Shown here: positions 1-14,890 of the stretch, piece after piece
How the letters are laid out: each line of letters opens with the position of its first letter
Numbering within the stretch: the first letter of the stretch is position 1
Assembly: GCA_951406725.2 (NCBI GenBank)
Contig: OX597835.1
Span: 47,120,001-47,184,000 of the forward strand
DNA: 64,000 bases
Reading direction: 5' to 3'
Origin: Octopus vulgaris
Lineage: Eukaryota
Program-made: the position numbers and the translations under genes
Notes under the pieces: generated by a model
What the model was told of the DNA's origin: nothing
Database searches by the model: none
What the model saw: only the letters and a program-made list of their open reading frames with translations

Positions 1-247
1 ACCCTGCTGCACTCTTTCACCACAACTTTCTCTCACTCTTACTTCCTGTTTCTGTTGTACCTATATTTCAAAGGGCCAGCCTTGTCACACTCTGTGTCAC
101 GCTGAATCTCCTCGAGAACTACGTTAAGGGTACACGTTAAGGGTGTCTGTGGAATGCTCAGCCACTTGCACGTTAATTCCACGAGCAAGCTATTCCATTG
201 ATCGTATCAGCTGGGACCCTCATCGTCGTAACCGACGGAGTGCTCCT
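1..247 (+). mobile_element. 3' part of tRNA-derived SINE family A (octopus OR-like), cut by the window edge
   Basis: Near-identical to 63719-63957 of the full copy (ccctgctg.actctttcaccacaactttctctcac...gtaaccgacggagtgct). Confidence 0.85.
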
Positions 248-260
248 ATATATTCAGTGT

Positions 261-712
261 AAAGGCGGCGAGCTGACAGAACTGTTACCGCGCCAAGCAA
301 AAGGTTTCGCGCGGCATTTTGCATATCTTTACCTTGTGAGCTTAAACTCCGTCAAGGACGACATTGTCTTTCAACCTTTCGGGATCGATAAAATACCAGT
401 TGAATGCTGAGATCAATGTAATCGATTAGCCCACTTCCCTGAAATTGCTGGCCTCTTGCCAAAATTTTAGCAGGATGCCAGCAATTTTGTGTGTTTGATA
501 CTAAGTGTAAAGGCGGCGAGCCGGCAGAATGGTTAGCATGCCGGGCAAAATACTTAACGGCATTTCGTCCGTCTTTATGTTCTGAGTTCAAATTCCACCG
601 AGGTCAACTTTCAGGGTCGAGGAAATATGTACCAGCTGAGCAATGAGTTCAATGTAATCAACCGTTCCCTTCCCACAAAATGTCTGGCCTTGTGCCTATA
701 ATAGAAAGGGTT
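261..712 (+). mobile_element. Two adjacent copies of tRNA-derived SINE family C (MetaSINE-like central domain)
   Basis: Heads aaggcggcgagc(t/c)g(a/g)cagaa at 261 and 510, B-box-like gagttcaaattcc, core ctttca.cctttcggg.tcgataaaataccag; homologous to 26405-26636. Confidence 0.8.
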
Positions 713-1029
713 ATTAATACTAAATGGGCGCATATACGGCTATGAGGTTAAGTTTACCTCGGCGAGGCAAAAAAGCCGCTTCAAACACTGCAATACATTT
801 CTGGAACACATTAACGAATCTGCTATTGGTGTGAAATTTGGAGACAGGGAACAATCGATTATATCGGTCGTAGGGCGTTTTTGACAGGTACTTATATTTT
901 ATGATTTGAATGATAAAAAGCAAAGGGGATAAAACGGTGATATTTGAACTTAGGACTTAAGGTATTAGAAATATTAATGTAATACTTTTTGTACGACGCT
1001 CTAACTATACTACTATACATCAATACTGA

Positions 1030-1455
1030 CTTCAAATTTTGGTACAAGGCCAGCAATTCCGGGGGGTGGGGTAAGTCGTTTACGTTGACCCCCAGTGTTC
1101 AACGGGTATTTATTTTATTGAACCAGAAAGGAGCAAAGGGGCAAAGTTGACTTCGGTGTGGAATTTGAACTGAGAACGTCATGCACCGCTAAGCAGTTTC
1201 TCTGGCGCGCCATCGATTCTTTTAGCTTGTACGCCTTCATCAGTATTGGTTTTAGCTCTTGGCACAAGGTCGATAAGTTCGGGAGAGGGCTGAATCCATT
1301 ACATCGACCCCCAATACTCGCCTGGGACTTACTTTATCGAGCACAAAAGAATAAAAGGCAAACTCGACGTCTTCGGAATTTGAACTCAAATCGTAAAGAC
1401 GGACAAAATGCTGCTCGACATTGGGTTTTTGTCCGGCGGTCTTACGATTCTGTCA
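1030..1455 (-). mobile_element. Two degenerate SINE family C copies
   Basis: Reverse-strand motifs ggaatttgaact, gacccccagt and aaggccagcaatt, shared with the other copies. Confidence 0.7.
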
Positions 1456-1661
1456 ATTTTACTTTTACGGGGGATAAAAATCAACGCGAACGTCTGTGTA
1501 GAAGAACGGGCTAAAGAAACAAAAAAATAAAGAAAATAAACAGGTAAAACGAAAAGAAAAAAAAAAAAAAGAAGACACCAACCTAGTTAGCTTTTTGATG
1601 CTTTTCCTTGCATTAAATATGTTAACACTAACTTAACTATTATCGAAAAAATACCAGCCTT

Positions 1662-3371
<1,710 letters not shown>

Positions 3372-4059
3372 GATCACGTTTTGTCTATCTGTCTCTATCT
3401 TTCTATCTATGTATTTATATCTCTCTCTTTCTGTCTATCTATCAATCGATGTATCTATCCATCTATCTGGCTGTGTAGCTCGCTATATACACATCTGTTA
3501 GTGTGTATATGTATGCATGTGTCGATGCCTACACACATTTCCATGCATATATAATTATAAACTTTTCTACAGGTATGCTCTCTGTAAATATATGTATTTA
3601 TGGCTCCTAAGTGTGCGTGTGTATTCAGATGACTTTAAAAACAACTTATGTAAGCGCATATATATATATATATATAGATACACACACACACACACACTCA
3701 CACATACACACACACCTTTATATGTGATGTATCACTATACGGTAATCTCTTTAAACAGAACAGCAGACACAAGAAGACTTAACTCAGAAGCCATTCCTTG
3801 TTAGTCCCGTGATGGGCGTTACTCCTCTCTACACACATCTACACAACACACGCATACACATACGTATATGTGTGTGTATTTGTATGTAGAGGTGCGTGTG
3901 TGTGTGTGTGTGCGTGTGTGTTGGGTTGATGTGTGCGTGCTGAAAGGTAGGTAAATGTTTGTGGTTTTCACTTCTGGTGACGAGGTTTTAACAGGTAACA
4001 GTTAACAGTTAATAAGTTGACTGCTTACAGCGCTCTACTGCTGTTATTACAACAGTGTC

Positions 4060-4096
<37 letters not shown>

Positions 4097-4130
4097 GCAT
4101 TCACACACACATATCTACGTAGCTATACGT

Positions 4131-4169
<39 letters not shown>

Positions 4170-4218
4170 CAGGTAAGTATTTTTATGTGTGTTTGTGTGC
4201 ATATAAATGTATGTATGT

Positions 4219-4272
<54 letters not shown>

Positions 4273-4282
4273 GCATACATAC

Positions 4283-4317
<35 letters not shown>

Positions 4318-4759
4318 TGTATATAGATATATGTAATATATATACATGTGTGTGTGTGTGTCTGTGTGTGTACTGCTGGCTTGACGACTTTGATTGCTAC
4401 AGGCGGTGTGGTGGTGACGAAGGTGATGGTGGTGTGTTGGTATTGGCGTTCGTGTTAATGGTGGTGGTGGTGGTGGTGGTGGAAGTGAAGTTGGCGGCGA
4501 TGGTGGTGGTAATGAAGGTTTCTTTTTTGTTCGTTTTTTGGGTGGAGGTGGGGGTGGGAGTGAAGGTAGAGCAATGTTGGCAAAAGTGATGGTCTAAAAG
4601 GTGTTGTTTGAGAACAACAGCTATGTGTGAGCCTATCCGTGTATTTATGTTTAGTTTACCAACGTATATACCTATATATACCTATATATACACACATATA
4701 TATACATATACATGTATATATATATACATATATATGTGCGTGCGTATGCTTATATATAC

Positions 4760-5340
4760 AGAAATGCGTGTTCAGTGTCGTCGTCGTCTGCCAACTTCGC
4801 TTTGGCACAATACGCCAACTCTCTATTGAGACATTTGCCATTGGTATGAATGGACATGAATTCATGTTGACACAATTTTATTAGAGCTGAATATGCGGCG
4901 GAAGCGTGTTATTGTGGTTTTATCTGTGGATGATATCCAAAATTAAATTGGTAAGGTTACTGGTGCAACTAAAGCTGACTTCTTAAAGAATTCTTTTTTT
5001 TTTACGACCTGATAATACATGAGAATAATTAGAAAATAATTTTGTTCCTTCTTTATCTTTGTTGCTGTTGTTTTTACTTTTGCTTCTTGTTTAGAGGCCA
5101 CACCCAAATTATAAGGAGGGTTGTAACAAGGCACTTACGAGGCTTGTAGTATCTGACATGTCTATACTTTGTACAGAGCTATTTTCCAATTGATCGCCTA
5201 CAAAATTGTTTGCGACGTGAATTCTGTAGAAGTCAGCCATTTGAATTAACAGTGTTACAGATATCATCTTATGTATCATCAATGCAATGACATGGCAAAC
5301 ATCCACGACATTAGATTTGCAAGAAATGACATTAAATGTG
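4760..5340 (-). pseudogene. Penelope-like element (PLE) relic: RT C-terminus, linker and start of GIY-YIG endonuclease
   Basis: Minus-strand frameshifted translation gives VPCYNPPYNLGVASK (cf. IIWFNPPYS.NV.TN), EVSFSCTSNLTNLI (cf. KVSYSCMPN) and NCVNMNSCPF..NGKCLNRELAYCA (cf. CNC..CPLNGKC...VVY.A). Confidence 0.75.
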
Positions 5341-5354
5341 TGTAAATATGACGT

Positions 5355-5633
5355 CGGGCTGTTGCTCTCGCAATCGCGAGATCGTGGTTTCAATTCCTAG
5401 ACTGGGTGGTGCGTTGTGCTGCTGAGCAAAACATGTCAACTCACGTGGCTCTGCTATCACTTCGACTCCTGTCGCGTGGCACACAGTGACACCTGTTCAG
5501 GCAACGTCGATTTGATGGCGATGGAGCGAGCTAGTGTGCGGCACAAGCATTTGACCACTCTAAACAATTCATTTGCGCAGGTCATTCGGCAAAACGGCTG
5601 AACGCTCATACGCTGTCTTCGACGGGAGAGTCC
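5355..5633 (+). mobile_element. Old tRNA-derived SINE with a family A-like head and a different body
   Basis: gatcgtggtttcaattcctagactggg resembles the family A B-box region gatcgcggtttcgattcccagaccggg; the downstream sequence is unrelated to 63660-63960. Confidence 0.55.
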
Positions 5634-5693
5634 ATTATATATGTGTGTATGTGTGTGTGTGCGTGTGTCTGTGAATGTACGTATGTATGTATG

Positions 5694-5727
<34 letters not shown>

Positions 5728-5807
5728 TATATACATATATATATATATTTATATACATACACTTGTACATATACATATACACACTTTCACGTGTGTATAT
5801 ATATATA

Positions 5808-6085
5808 GGCGCAGGCTGGGTGCGTGGCTGTATGGTAAGAAGTTTGCTTCGCAACCACATGGTAGCAACTTGGGCAAATGTCTTCGATTATAGCCCCGGG
5901 CCGACAAAGACTTGTGAGTAGATTTCGTAGACGGAAACTGAAAGAACCCATCGTATGTGTGTGTGTTTACGTCCCCGTAACTTAACGGTTCTGCGAAAGT
6001 TCTGGAGTCAATTTGTTCGACTAAAGGCGGTGCTCCAGCATGGCCGCAGTCAAATGACTGAAACAAATAAAAGAATAAAAAGAAT
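5808..6085 (+). mobile_element. tRNA-derived SINE family B (CORE-SINE-like), internally deleted
   Basis: Head ggcgcagg..gtggctgtatggtaag, CORE-like cttgggcaaatgtcttc, tail aaggcggtgctccagcatggccgcagtcaaatgactgaaacaa. Confidence 0.85.
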
Positions 6086-6949
6086 ATGTATACATATATA
6101 TTCATCTCACAGTATGCATTGTGTCATTGTGTCATGCCTTGATCTTTACTCACTCCGACCATCACCACTAATATCCTCACCATCACCGCCACCACTGCCC
6201 TCCATCACTACCCCTACAACTACCACGACCTTCGCAACCACCACCACCACCACCACCGTATTTCTGCTCCTCTCTAATTAATATCTACGTCACCTCTCTT
6301 TGTCATCGTTTCACGCCGTCTACGCCGATTTATTTAAGTCTGCCCCACAAAGGCACTGCCTCGCCCCTTACATCTATTTCTCCTAACGCTTCACTTGTTC
6401 CCTCTTTGCATCCCCAGTTTGTTTTTGTTGTTGCCGTTATTGTTGCTGTTCTGTATGTGTGTATGTGGATGTGTGTATATAATGTGTGTGTGTGCGTATG
6501 CTTTGCTTTCTTGTTTGTCAACGATGCTTTAAGCATCAGCTTGAAGTAAAAGTCGTCGCTATTGGAACCCAAAAACTCGCCCCTTTCCCCACCCTACTTT
6601 ACAGATACGCACGGGCACATGCCTTTACACACATACAATGTACAACAAACATATACCCACGCACGCATATACGCAATACAGTCACAATTTACCGCTCCCG
6701 CCATCTTTAGCAATTATCTCTGTATTGTTATTGTCGTTTAGAATCCATCATAGGTCTGCTCTGATCAAACAGAGTTATGACCAAACTTATTCCAGATGTG
6801 ACCATCCCGTCTATTTCGTATATGAACCACTAGCCACATTGTCTAATGCAGAGGTTCTTAACTAGAGTCCACATCACCCTTGACGTCCATCTAAGATTTT
6901 GCTGTTAAAATTTGTGCGCAATGGCTTTCTGCAATACACAAAATATTTT

Positions 6950-7565
6950 TCTCTATTCTAGGCAAAAGGCACGAAATTTTTGGGGAGGGGATTAGTCGAT
7001 TAAATCGACCCCAGTGCGTAACTGGTACTTAATTTATCGACCCCAAAACGATGAAAGACAAAGTCGACCTCGGCGGAATTTGAACTCAGAATGTAAAGAC
7101 AGACGATTACTGTTAAGCATTTCGCCCGGCGTGCTAACGTTTCTTATTTCTTTATTGCCCACAAGGGGCTAAACATACAGGGGACAAACAAGGACAGACA
7201 AGGAGATTAAGTCGATTAGATTGATCACCAGTACGCAACTGGTACTTAATTTATCGACCCCGAAAGAATGAAAGGCAAAGTCAACCTCGGCGGAATTTGA
7301 ACTCAGAACTTAGCGGCAGACGAAATACCTATTTCTTTATTACCCACAAGGGGCTAAACACAGAGAGGACAAACAAGGACAGACATAAGTATTAAGTCGA
7401 TTACGTCGACCCCAGTGCGTAACTGGTACTTAATTTATCGACCCCCAAAGGATGAATGGCAAAGTCGACCTCGGCGGAATTTGAACTCAGAACATAGCAG
7501 CAGACGAAATACGGCTACGCATTTCGCCCGGCGTGCTAACGATTCTGCCAGCTCCTCGCCGCCTT
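6950..7565 (-). mobile_element. Head-to-tail trimer of SINE family C
   Basis: The block actggtacttaatttatcgacccc...aaagtc(g/a)acctcggcggaatttgaactcagaa occurs three times, near 7021, 7239 and 7422. Confidence 0.9.
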
Positions 7566-8124
7566 AATACGCAAAATATTTTAACAATTTAATTTTTCAT
7601 CTTCAAGTGTCTCAGTTCATTTATTTTTGCCGCCATTTACTTTCCATCACATATTCTTTCTCTCTTCGATCATCAATACCATCCATCTTTTCCTCATTCT
7701 TGCTCCTCCCCTGTCTTTTCGCCTCCATAATTTGCCTGCATCCGTTTAACTTCCCAACCTTTCTTTAACCCTCAGCCCAACAAAGTAGATATTTAAGTTT
7801 ACGGCGATATCTTCTCCTCTGCCCTTTCCTCTCTCTACACTGCTACCTCCTCGTTGATGTGTCTCATTGATTATTGACCTTGCATTTGTAATAGTTGTTA
7901 TAGATCGTTGCTTGTTGAGATGCTACAAGTGTTTGTCAATGTGTTTATATAATTTGGAAATAATTAAACCAGTAATTAAACCAGTAGTTGTATAGTATGG
8001 TGCTCTGTTGTGTTCTTGATGTACCAATGTGTTTGAGATTGGTCGACTAAGTATGTGTTTGTAATAACCGCGCAGACGGAAGTCGTATTGTGTTCCGGTA
8101 TTTTCTTAAGGAATGTATCATAGC

Positions 8125-8538
8125 TGCAGGCATGGTTGTGTGGTAAGAAACTTGTTTCCCAACCACATGGTTCTGGGTTCAGTCCTACTGCGTTGTACTT
8201 TGGGCAGTGTTTTCTACTACAGCCTCGAGTCGACCAAAGTCTTGCGAGTGGATTTGCTAGACGGAAACTGAAAGCAACTTGTCGTTTACATGTATTTATA
8301 AGTATTTTTGTGCATGTGTTTTTATGTATGTGTTTGTTCCACACTACCGTTTGACAACTGGTGTTGGTTTGTCCTCGTAAGTCTCCGTAACTTAGCGCTT
8401 CGGCAAAAATATTCCGACAGAGTGAGTACTAGGCTTGGAAATAAGTACTAAGGTCGATTTGTTCGACTAAACTCTTCAAGGCGGTGCCCCAGCATGGCCG
8501 CAGTCCAATGATTGAAACAAGTAAAAGAATAAAAGAAT
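8125..8538 (+). mobile_element. SINE family B, full length, diverged
   Basis: Head, B box gggttcagtcc, CORE-like segment and 3' tail all present. Confidence 0.85.
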
Positions 8539-8571
8539 GTATATATATATGTATATACGTATGAATACATA

Positions 8572-9005
<434 letters not shown>

Positions 9006-9902
9006 TGGAAGGATTAAAAGGCGAATAATAAATCTAAAAAACGGAAAACTTAGGAAGAAAAGAAAATCTGAGATGGAACAGTCGTATGTCTGCTGTTAAG
9101 AACCTGCCTACAACTTAATTCGTATTATGTTATCTGTTTTCTACGCCTCTCTCGCTCCAGTAGCATTTTCCCGCCTTTCAATTCGGTCGTCTGCTTTTTG
9201 ATTGCGGACATTATAAATTGTAACGCCCTGCTTCAAACTCTTCTTTCTTTTTTTTCTACTGAAGGCAACGACAAACGGCTGATAGAACTGAAGATATATT
9301 TCTACCTCGCTTCTTTCTTTATATTTTATTCTTCTTTTGTTATTTATTCTTCGTTCGTTCACTCGTTGTCATTCTTGGCTTCTTCACGTTTAATTCGTTT
9401 TTGTTATTTTTGTTTTTTTTTTACTGTTGTAGTTGTTTGTTTATAGTTTCTTGAGAATAAAAAAAGAAAAAATTTCTACCGCCAAGCAGCCACCAGTTCA
9501 CTTTCTTTTCGATCCTCTTCCTCTCTCCTCTTCTCAGAGTCTATTTTACTCCATAGTACCTTCTTTCATCGTACCTCTTTTCCCACACCTCACTCAATCC
9601 TTCTTCTCTGCGTCCCTCTTTTTATCCCCCCCATCTCTCTGTCTTCTGCAAATTCCCCGCCTACTCTTAGGTACTCATTTAACAGTACATTACAATTTGC
9701 CTCTCCCTTCATACACACACACACACACATACACACACACATGGGGAATATTTACAGTTAAAAGAAGATGCTACCCTTTCATTCAGCATCGTTGAATGTA
9801 GCCTTGACAAGGAGGAGTCGATAACTTCAGTCGGTATTCTAAGTTCTTTGAGTGTTTCGAAGCCGGACCGTTTTGTCTTTTTTTGCAACTCAGCTTCTCT
9901 CT

Positions 9903-10300
9903 CTTCTTCTTCTTCTTCTTCTTCTTCTTCTTCTTCTTCTTCTTCTTCTTCTTCTTCTTCTTCTTCTTCTTCTTCTTCTTCTTCTTCTTCCCAAACCAGC
10001 ATCGCGGATATTTCTATTGTTGTTGTTGTTGTTCTCTTCTTCTACATATTCTCCTCCTACTCCATCTCCCTTTCCTCTTCATTATACTCTCCTCCTCCTC
10101 CTCTTCATCATCATCATCTTTTTCTCCGGCTTCTGCTTCTCAAACTTATTCATCTTCTCCCACTCTTTTCATTATTGTTGCTCTTCTTCTTCTCCTCCCC
10201 ATCCTCGTCGTCCTACTCCTCCTCTTTTCTCTCTCTCCTCTTTCTTCTCCTTTTTTGTCTTCCTCCTCCTCTCTATCGTCACCTCCTTCTGCATCTCCTC
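9903..10300. repeat. (TTC)n tract and polypyrimidine low-complexity region
   Basis: Seen directly. Confidence 0.95.
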
Positions 10301-10551
10301 TCGTAAAAAGCCATCGACCTCTCTTTTCTGCAGTGAGCATTCTTCATCCTGATTGGGCTGGGAAATGTCTGCATCATCTTTCTCCCAGCAATCTGATAAG
10401 GACTTTTTTTGATATCAGGCACCATTCCGTGCAAAGAATTGATCGTTGCCTCCTTCTCCCGGGACTGGAAGCTCGATCAGGGTGACTGTTACTTCTTGAC
10501 GACCGGAGGACCGACACGGCCTTCGTGAACATCACAACTACTTAATAGTCT

Positions 10552-10594
<43 letters not shown>

Positions 10595-10720
10595 TGCACA
10601 GAGAGAGAGAGAGAGAAACATACACAAAGGGGCCAAAGAATCACGAAGGGATTTCAAAATGCATGTGTGTGTGTATTTGTGTGTGTGTGTGTGTGTGTAA
10701 GTGTGTGTGTGTAAGTGTGA

Positions 10721-10770
<50 letters not shown>

Positions 10771-10830
10771 TGAATACTAAAAATAGCAGAAGAAAAACTA
10801 AAGATGAACTTGCAGTGATCTAGAACCTAC

Positions 10831-10892
10831 TCACCTGACGACGTACAGGTACACTACCAATCGATACTGATGGAGCGAAACAATTGTAGGGA
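10831..10892 (+). ncRNA. Type-I hammerhead ribozyme-like motif (PLE type), stems degenerate
   Basis: CTGACGA at 10835-10841, then GAAA-CAATTG-TA at 10877-10888 with palindromic stem III (ACAATTGT) and a GUA site; AATAAA follows at 10898. Stems I and II pair poorly. Confidence 0.55.
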
Positions 10893-11005
10893 TTTGGAAT
10901 AAAGCCTGTTCATTCCTTCTCCTCGTATCAAAATTCCTTCATAGATACACACACACACACATTCATTTCTCTGTTGGATTCCGAGTCAATTTTTCCCCGC
11001 AACTA

Positions 11006-11690
11006 ATGTCTAATTTGATCAGTTGCAAGTTTCAAAAGATTATGTCTAAAATGGGGCCAAATCTTCTTGCTTTTAGTCAAGGTTCTAAGGCCGCAAAAGC
11101 TGCTCGCGACATTTGTGCTGTCTATAGAGAGGGTGCCATAGCTGAAACTACCGCTCGTGATTGGTATGTAAAGTTAAAAAATGGAAATTTTGACCTCAAA
11201 ATCGCACCTCGTTCTGGCCGTCCAGTTGAGTTCGATGAAGAGCGATTAAACCAACTTTTGCACGAAAATTCTCGTCAAACGACAAGGGAACTGGCAGAGA
11301 AAATGGAATACTCCCACACTGCTATAGAGAAGCATCTTCACTCGGTGGGAAAGCTTCGGGAGTATGGAGCATGGGTTCCGCATGCTTTAAGTGACAACAA
11401 CAAAAATCAACGAGCCACAATCTCCGCTGGTTTGCTTGCTCGTCAACGTTCAACTCATGGACACAAGCAACGATTTCTTTACCGAATCGTTACTGGTGAC
11501 GAAAAATGGTGCCTGTACATCAATATGAAGTAGCGTAAGGAATGGCTTAGCCCCGGTAAAAAAGCGACACCGCGCGTGAAAAAAGATCTTCATCAGCGTA
11601 AAACGATGTTGTGCGTATGGTGGGACTGGGAAGGGATTATCCATTGCGAATTGCTTGAACGGAACCAAATGGTCAACGCGGAACTCAATA
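11006..11690 (+). pseudogene. Mariner (Tc1/mariner superfamily, DD34D type) transposase, 3'-truncated pseudogene
   Basis: HTH region with RSGRP, WVPHAL (mariner WVPHEL motif), IVTGDEKW (first catalytic Asp), stop at 11531-11533, then RKTMLCVWWDWEGIIH. Ends before the second and third Asp. Confidence 0.95.
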
Positions 11691-11734
11691 GATCATTTTC
11701 CTTTTATTTAATGTATACATAGTTACATGTTTTA

Positions 11735-12062
11735 CACGTGCATGGTTCGCTTCTAAACCACATGGTTTCCAGTTTAGTCGCATTGCACCGCATCTTGGTC
11801 AAATATTTTCTCTTATAGCCCTAGGACCGTCCAATGTCCTGTGAGTGAATTTGATAGATGAAAATTATGTGGTGCCTATCCTATTTATGTGCATGTCTGT
11901 TGTGTTGTGTGTGTGTGTGTTTGTATGTTTGTCCCCGTTAGCGCCTGACAACTACGGTTGGCTTTTTTACGTCTCTGTAACATAGCGGTTCAGATAAAGC
12001 CATGTGAGTGGATTTGGTAGACGGAAACTGAAAGAAGCCCGTCGTATATATATGTGTGTGAA

Positions 12063-12160
<98 letters not shown>

Positions 12161-12278
12161 TACGACAGGCTTCTTTCAGTTTCCGTCAACCAAATCCACT
12201 CACAAGGCTTTGGTCAGTCCGAGGCTATGGTAGAAGACACTTGCACAAGATGGCACACAGTGGGACTGAACCCGAATG
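11735..12278. mobile_element. Cluster of SINE family B fragments in both orientations around a (TA)n tract
   Basis: Plus-strand gtgagtggatttggtagacggaaactgaaagaagcc (12004-12040) faces its reverse complement at about 12168-12205. Confidence 0.8.
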
Positions 12279-12817
12279 CATACCTATATATGTGAGTAAA
12301 AGAGTACATTGTATATCCGAGGTTCTTCCCTTTCCGTTCCGCTTGTTACTTACATTGTCATATCTCTCAAAGTACAGCATCGTGGATCGATCCTGGTACA
12401 AGTGGTTGCAAAAGCCAACTGCCCAATCACTCAACCTTGCTATTTCTAGCAGGTCATGTGGACCGACTCACATCTAGATGAATGTTTTCTTAAGCTGTCA
12501 TTTAAGGGTATTTTATTTAAGAATCACTTAATGACTTGGTACTCACCCTTGGCTGACAGACGTGTACCCACTTCAAATATACGGGTAGCTAGTTCAATTG
12601 ACTTAAGACCCCCAAAAAACCCTAAAACCACACGAGACAAAGTAGGTAGCTTTCTATACCTGATCCGCTTTCTCCAAATCAATCATGCATGTTGACATTT
12701 GACCTACCTGACATTCTTTTTTAGGGTGCTAACTACTAAACAGGGAGATTTCATTTGGGGTTTGTTTTTTTTTATTTTTGTAGTTTTTGCTTTGAGTGAA
12801 TTAGGAATTGAAGTGAA

Positions 12818-12863
<46 letters not shown>

Positions 12864-12977
12864 TGTGTATGTGCGTGTGTATACATGTTTGTGTGTATGC
12901 ATAGATGTATGTCTCTGTGTACAAATTGATAGATGGTTGTTTATATGTTTGTGTATATTCACATACGTAGGTCTTCC

Positions 12978-13101
12978 TTCCGGGTTCAGTCCCACTGCGT
13001 GGCACCTTGGTCTGGTGTCTCCTAATATAACCTCGGACCGATCAGAGTTTTGTGAGTGGATTTGGTAGACGGAAACTAAAAGAAGCCTGTCATATTTGTG
13101 T

Positions 13102-13178
<77 letters not shown>

Positions 13179-13602
13179 CTACAATGTTTCCGGCATGAAC
13201 AAACAGGATAAAGCATTCACAGTAACTAAGTATAATGATTACAGATGCATACGGGTGTCGATACATTCATACGGGTAGATCCATTGGTACAAAAAATGGA
13301 CAGATTTTCACAAATGCAGATGTGAACTGCAAAAGCAGCAATTTGATCTGCAGCATCAAAGGCCCGAAACATATATACACATATATAAAAACACACATGC
13401 ACATAGATTCAAATACATACGCACGCACACATACACACATATAGGCGCAGGCGTGGCTGTGTGGTAAGGAGCCTACTTCCCAACCACATGGTTCCGGGTT
13501 CAGTCCTACTGTGTGGCACTTTGGGCAAGTGATTTCTTCTAGAGCCTCGGGCCGACCAAACCCTTGTGGATTTGGTAGACGGAAACTGGAAGAAGCCCGT
13601 CG

Positions 13603-13641
<39 letters not shown>

Positions 13642-13652
13642 ATCTATCTATT

Positions 13653-13706
<54 letters not shown>

Positions 13707-13755
13707 TTGATTTTTTCCAGTTTCAGCTAATGAGCTGTGGCCATGCTGGGGCACC

Positions 13756-13760
<5 letters not shown>
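12978..13760. mobile_element. SINE family B 5' halves (12978-13095 +, 13443-13605 +) and a tail fragment (13715-13760 -), with microsatellites
   Basis: Shared head, CORE-like and tail motifs. Confidence 0.8.
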
Positions 13761-13813
<53 letters not shown>

Positions 13814-13996
13814 TGTCTGTCTGTCTATCTCTATATATAAAATAAAGAAGGGAACCATACACTGTACACAGTAGTAAAAAGAAAGGAGAGGTGAAAACAA
13901 GGATGATACAGGAGAGTCTCTAGGGATAATCAAGGAGCCCCCGCTCCCTCCAAAATCTCCCTGAACATCAAGGGCAAGTGCCCTCTCCAATTCCTC

Positions 13997-14035
<39 letters not shown>

Positions 14036-14509
14036 TAATAATAATAATAAACAAAATTTGTTGGAAAATAAGTGAATTTTTTTCCTTAAATAGTAGCTGG
14101 ACAGGTTAAATTGTTCTTTCCTTCCCCGCCCAGTCACTTCCCACCCCATTCTCCTCATCCCCTCTAATGCACCCCCCTCTGTTAGACAATACAGGTATAT
14201 ACAAACGACGTGTCAAATCCCTACTTGATGGCGAGTAACGGACATTACTTGATGTACTGGTCAACCTGATCCTGTGAACCTTATTACTGTGCTGGAGATT
14301 GTAGTGGTAGCGGTGGTGGTCGCGGTGGTAGCGGTGGTGGTGGCGGTGGTGAAGGTGGTGGCAGTGGCGGTGATGGTGGTGGTAGTGGACATCGTTAACT
14401 TTCAGGTCAGCTCTAATCAACATGAATTTGCGTTCCATTTATGACCATCGCGTATTATGTGATGACGATCGCCAATATTTTTTTTCTAATTCCAATTACA
14501 TGATAGTAA

Positions 14510-14890
14510 GTTGTGATTTGAAGGAAATGTTAGCTGTTATTTCTAGTGCTTCAAATGTCCACGCATAAGTCCCCTGGTTGTAAATAATTTGAGGGAGATT
14601 TAGCTGCTATGTCTTGCCGATTGAGGGACTCCTTCGATGGCTTCCTGAATGGCTTGAGAATTTGACTGCTATGTCTTGCAGGTACAGAGGATCGCTCGAA
14701 AGCATGAGGGTTTTAAGGGAGATTTGGCTGCTATATCTTGCAAGTTTAGATACTGCCTCGGTAGCTCTCTTTGGTAGCGAGACGGACTCGACTGGAATTT
14801 GGCTACTATATCTAGCTTGATGAGATACTCGCGCAATGTCTACATCGATGGGGTGAGTGATTTTTACGGAGATTTGGTTGTTTTGCAAGT
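14510..14890 (-). repeat. Degenerate tandem array of six 62-75 bp units with conserved core GAGATTTGGCTGCTAT.TCT.G
   Basis: Equivalent core positions at 14533, 14603, 14665, 14727, 14802 and 14877 (spacings 70, 62, 62, 75, 75); the intervening sequence is much more divergent. Confidence 0.8.

Noticed and set aside
10334-10481. Plus-strand exon between TTTTCTGCAG and G|GTGACT
   Set aside because: One frame is open but the peptide is unrecognisable, and the acceptor follows simply from the pyrimidine-rich repeat upstream.
11006-11533. Domesticated or active mariner transposase (SETMAR-like)
   Set aside because: Premature stop, loss of the last two catalytic Asp residues, no right TIR and no fused domain.
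14510-14890. True CRISPR array
   Set aside because: Eukaryotic context, no cas genes or leader, degenerate repeats, variable period, and the core also occurs as part of a dispersed repeat.
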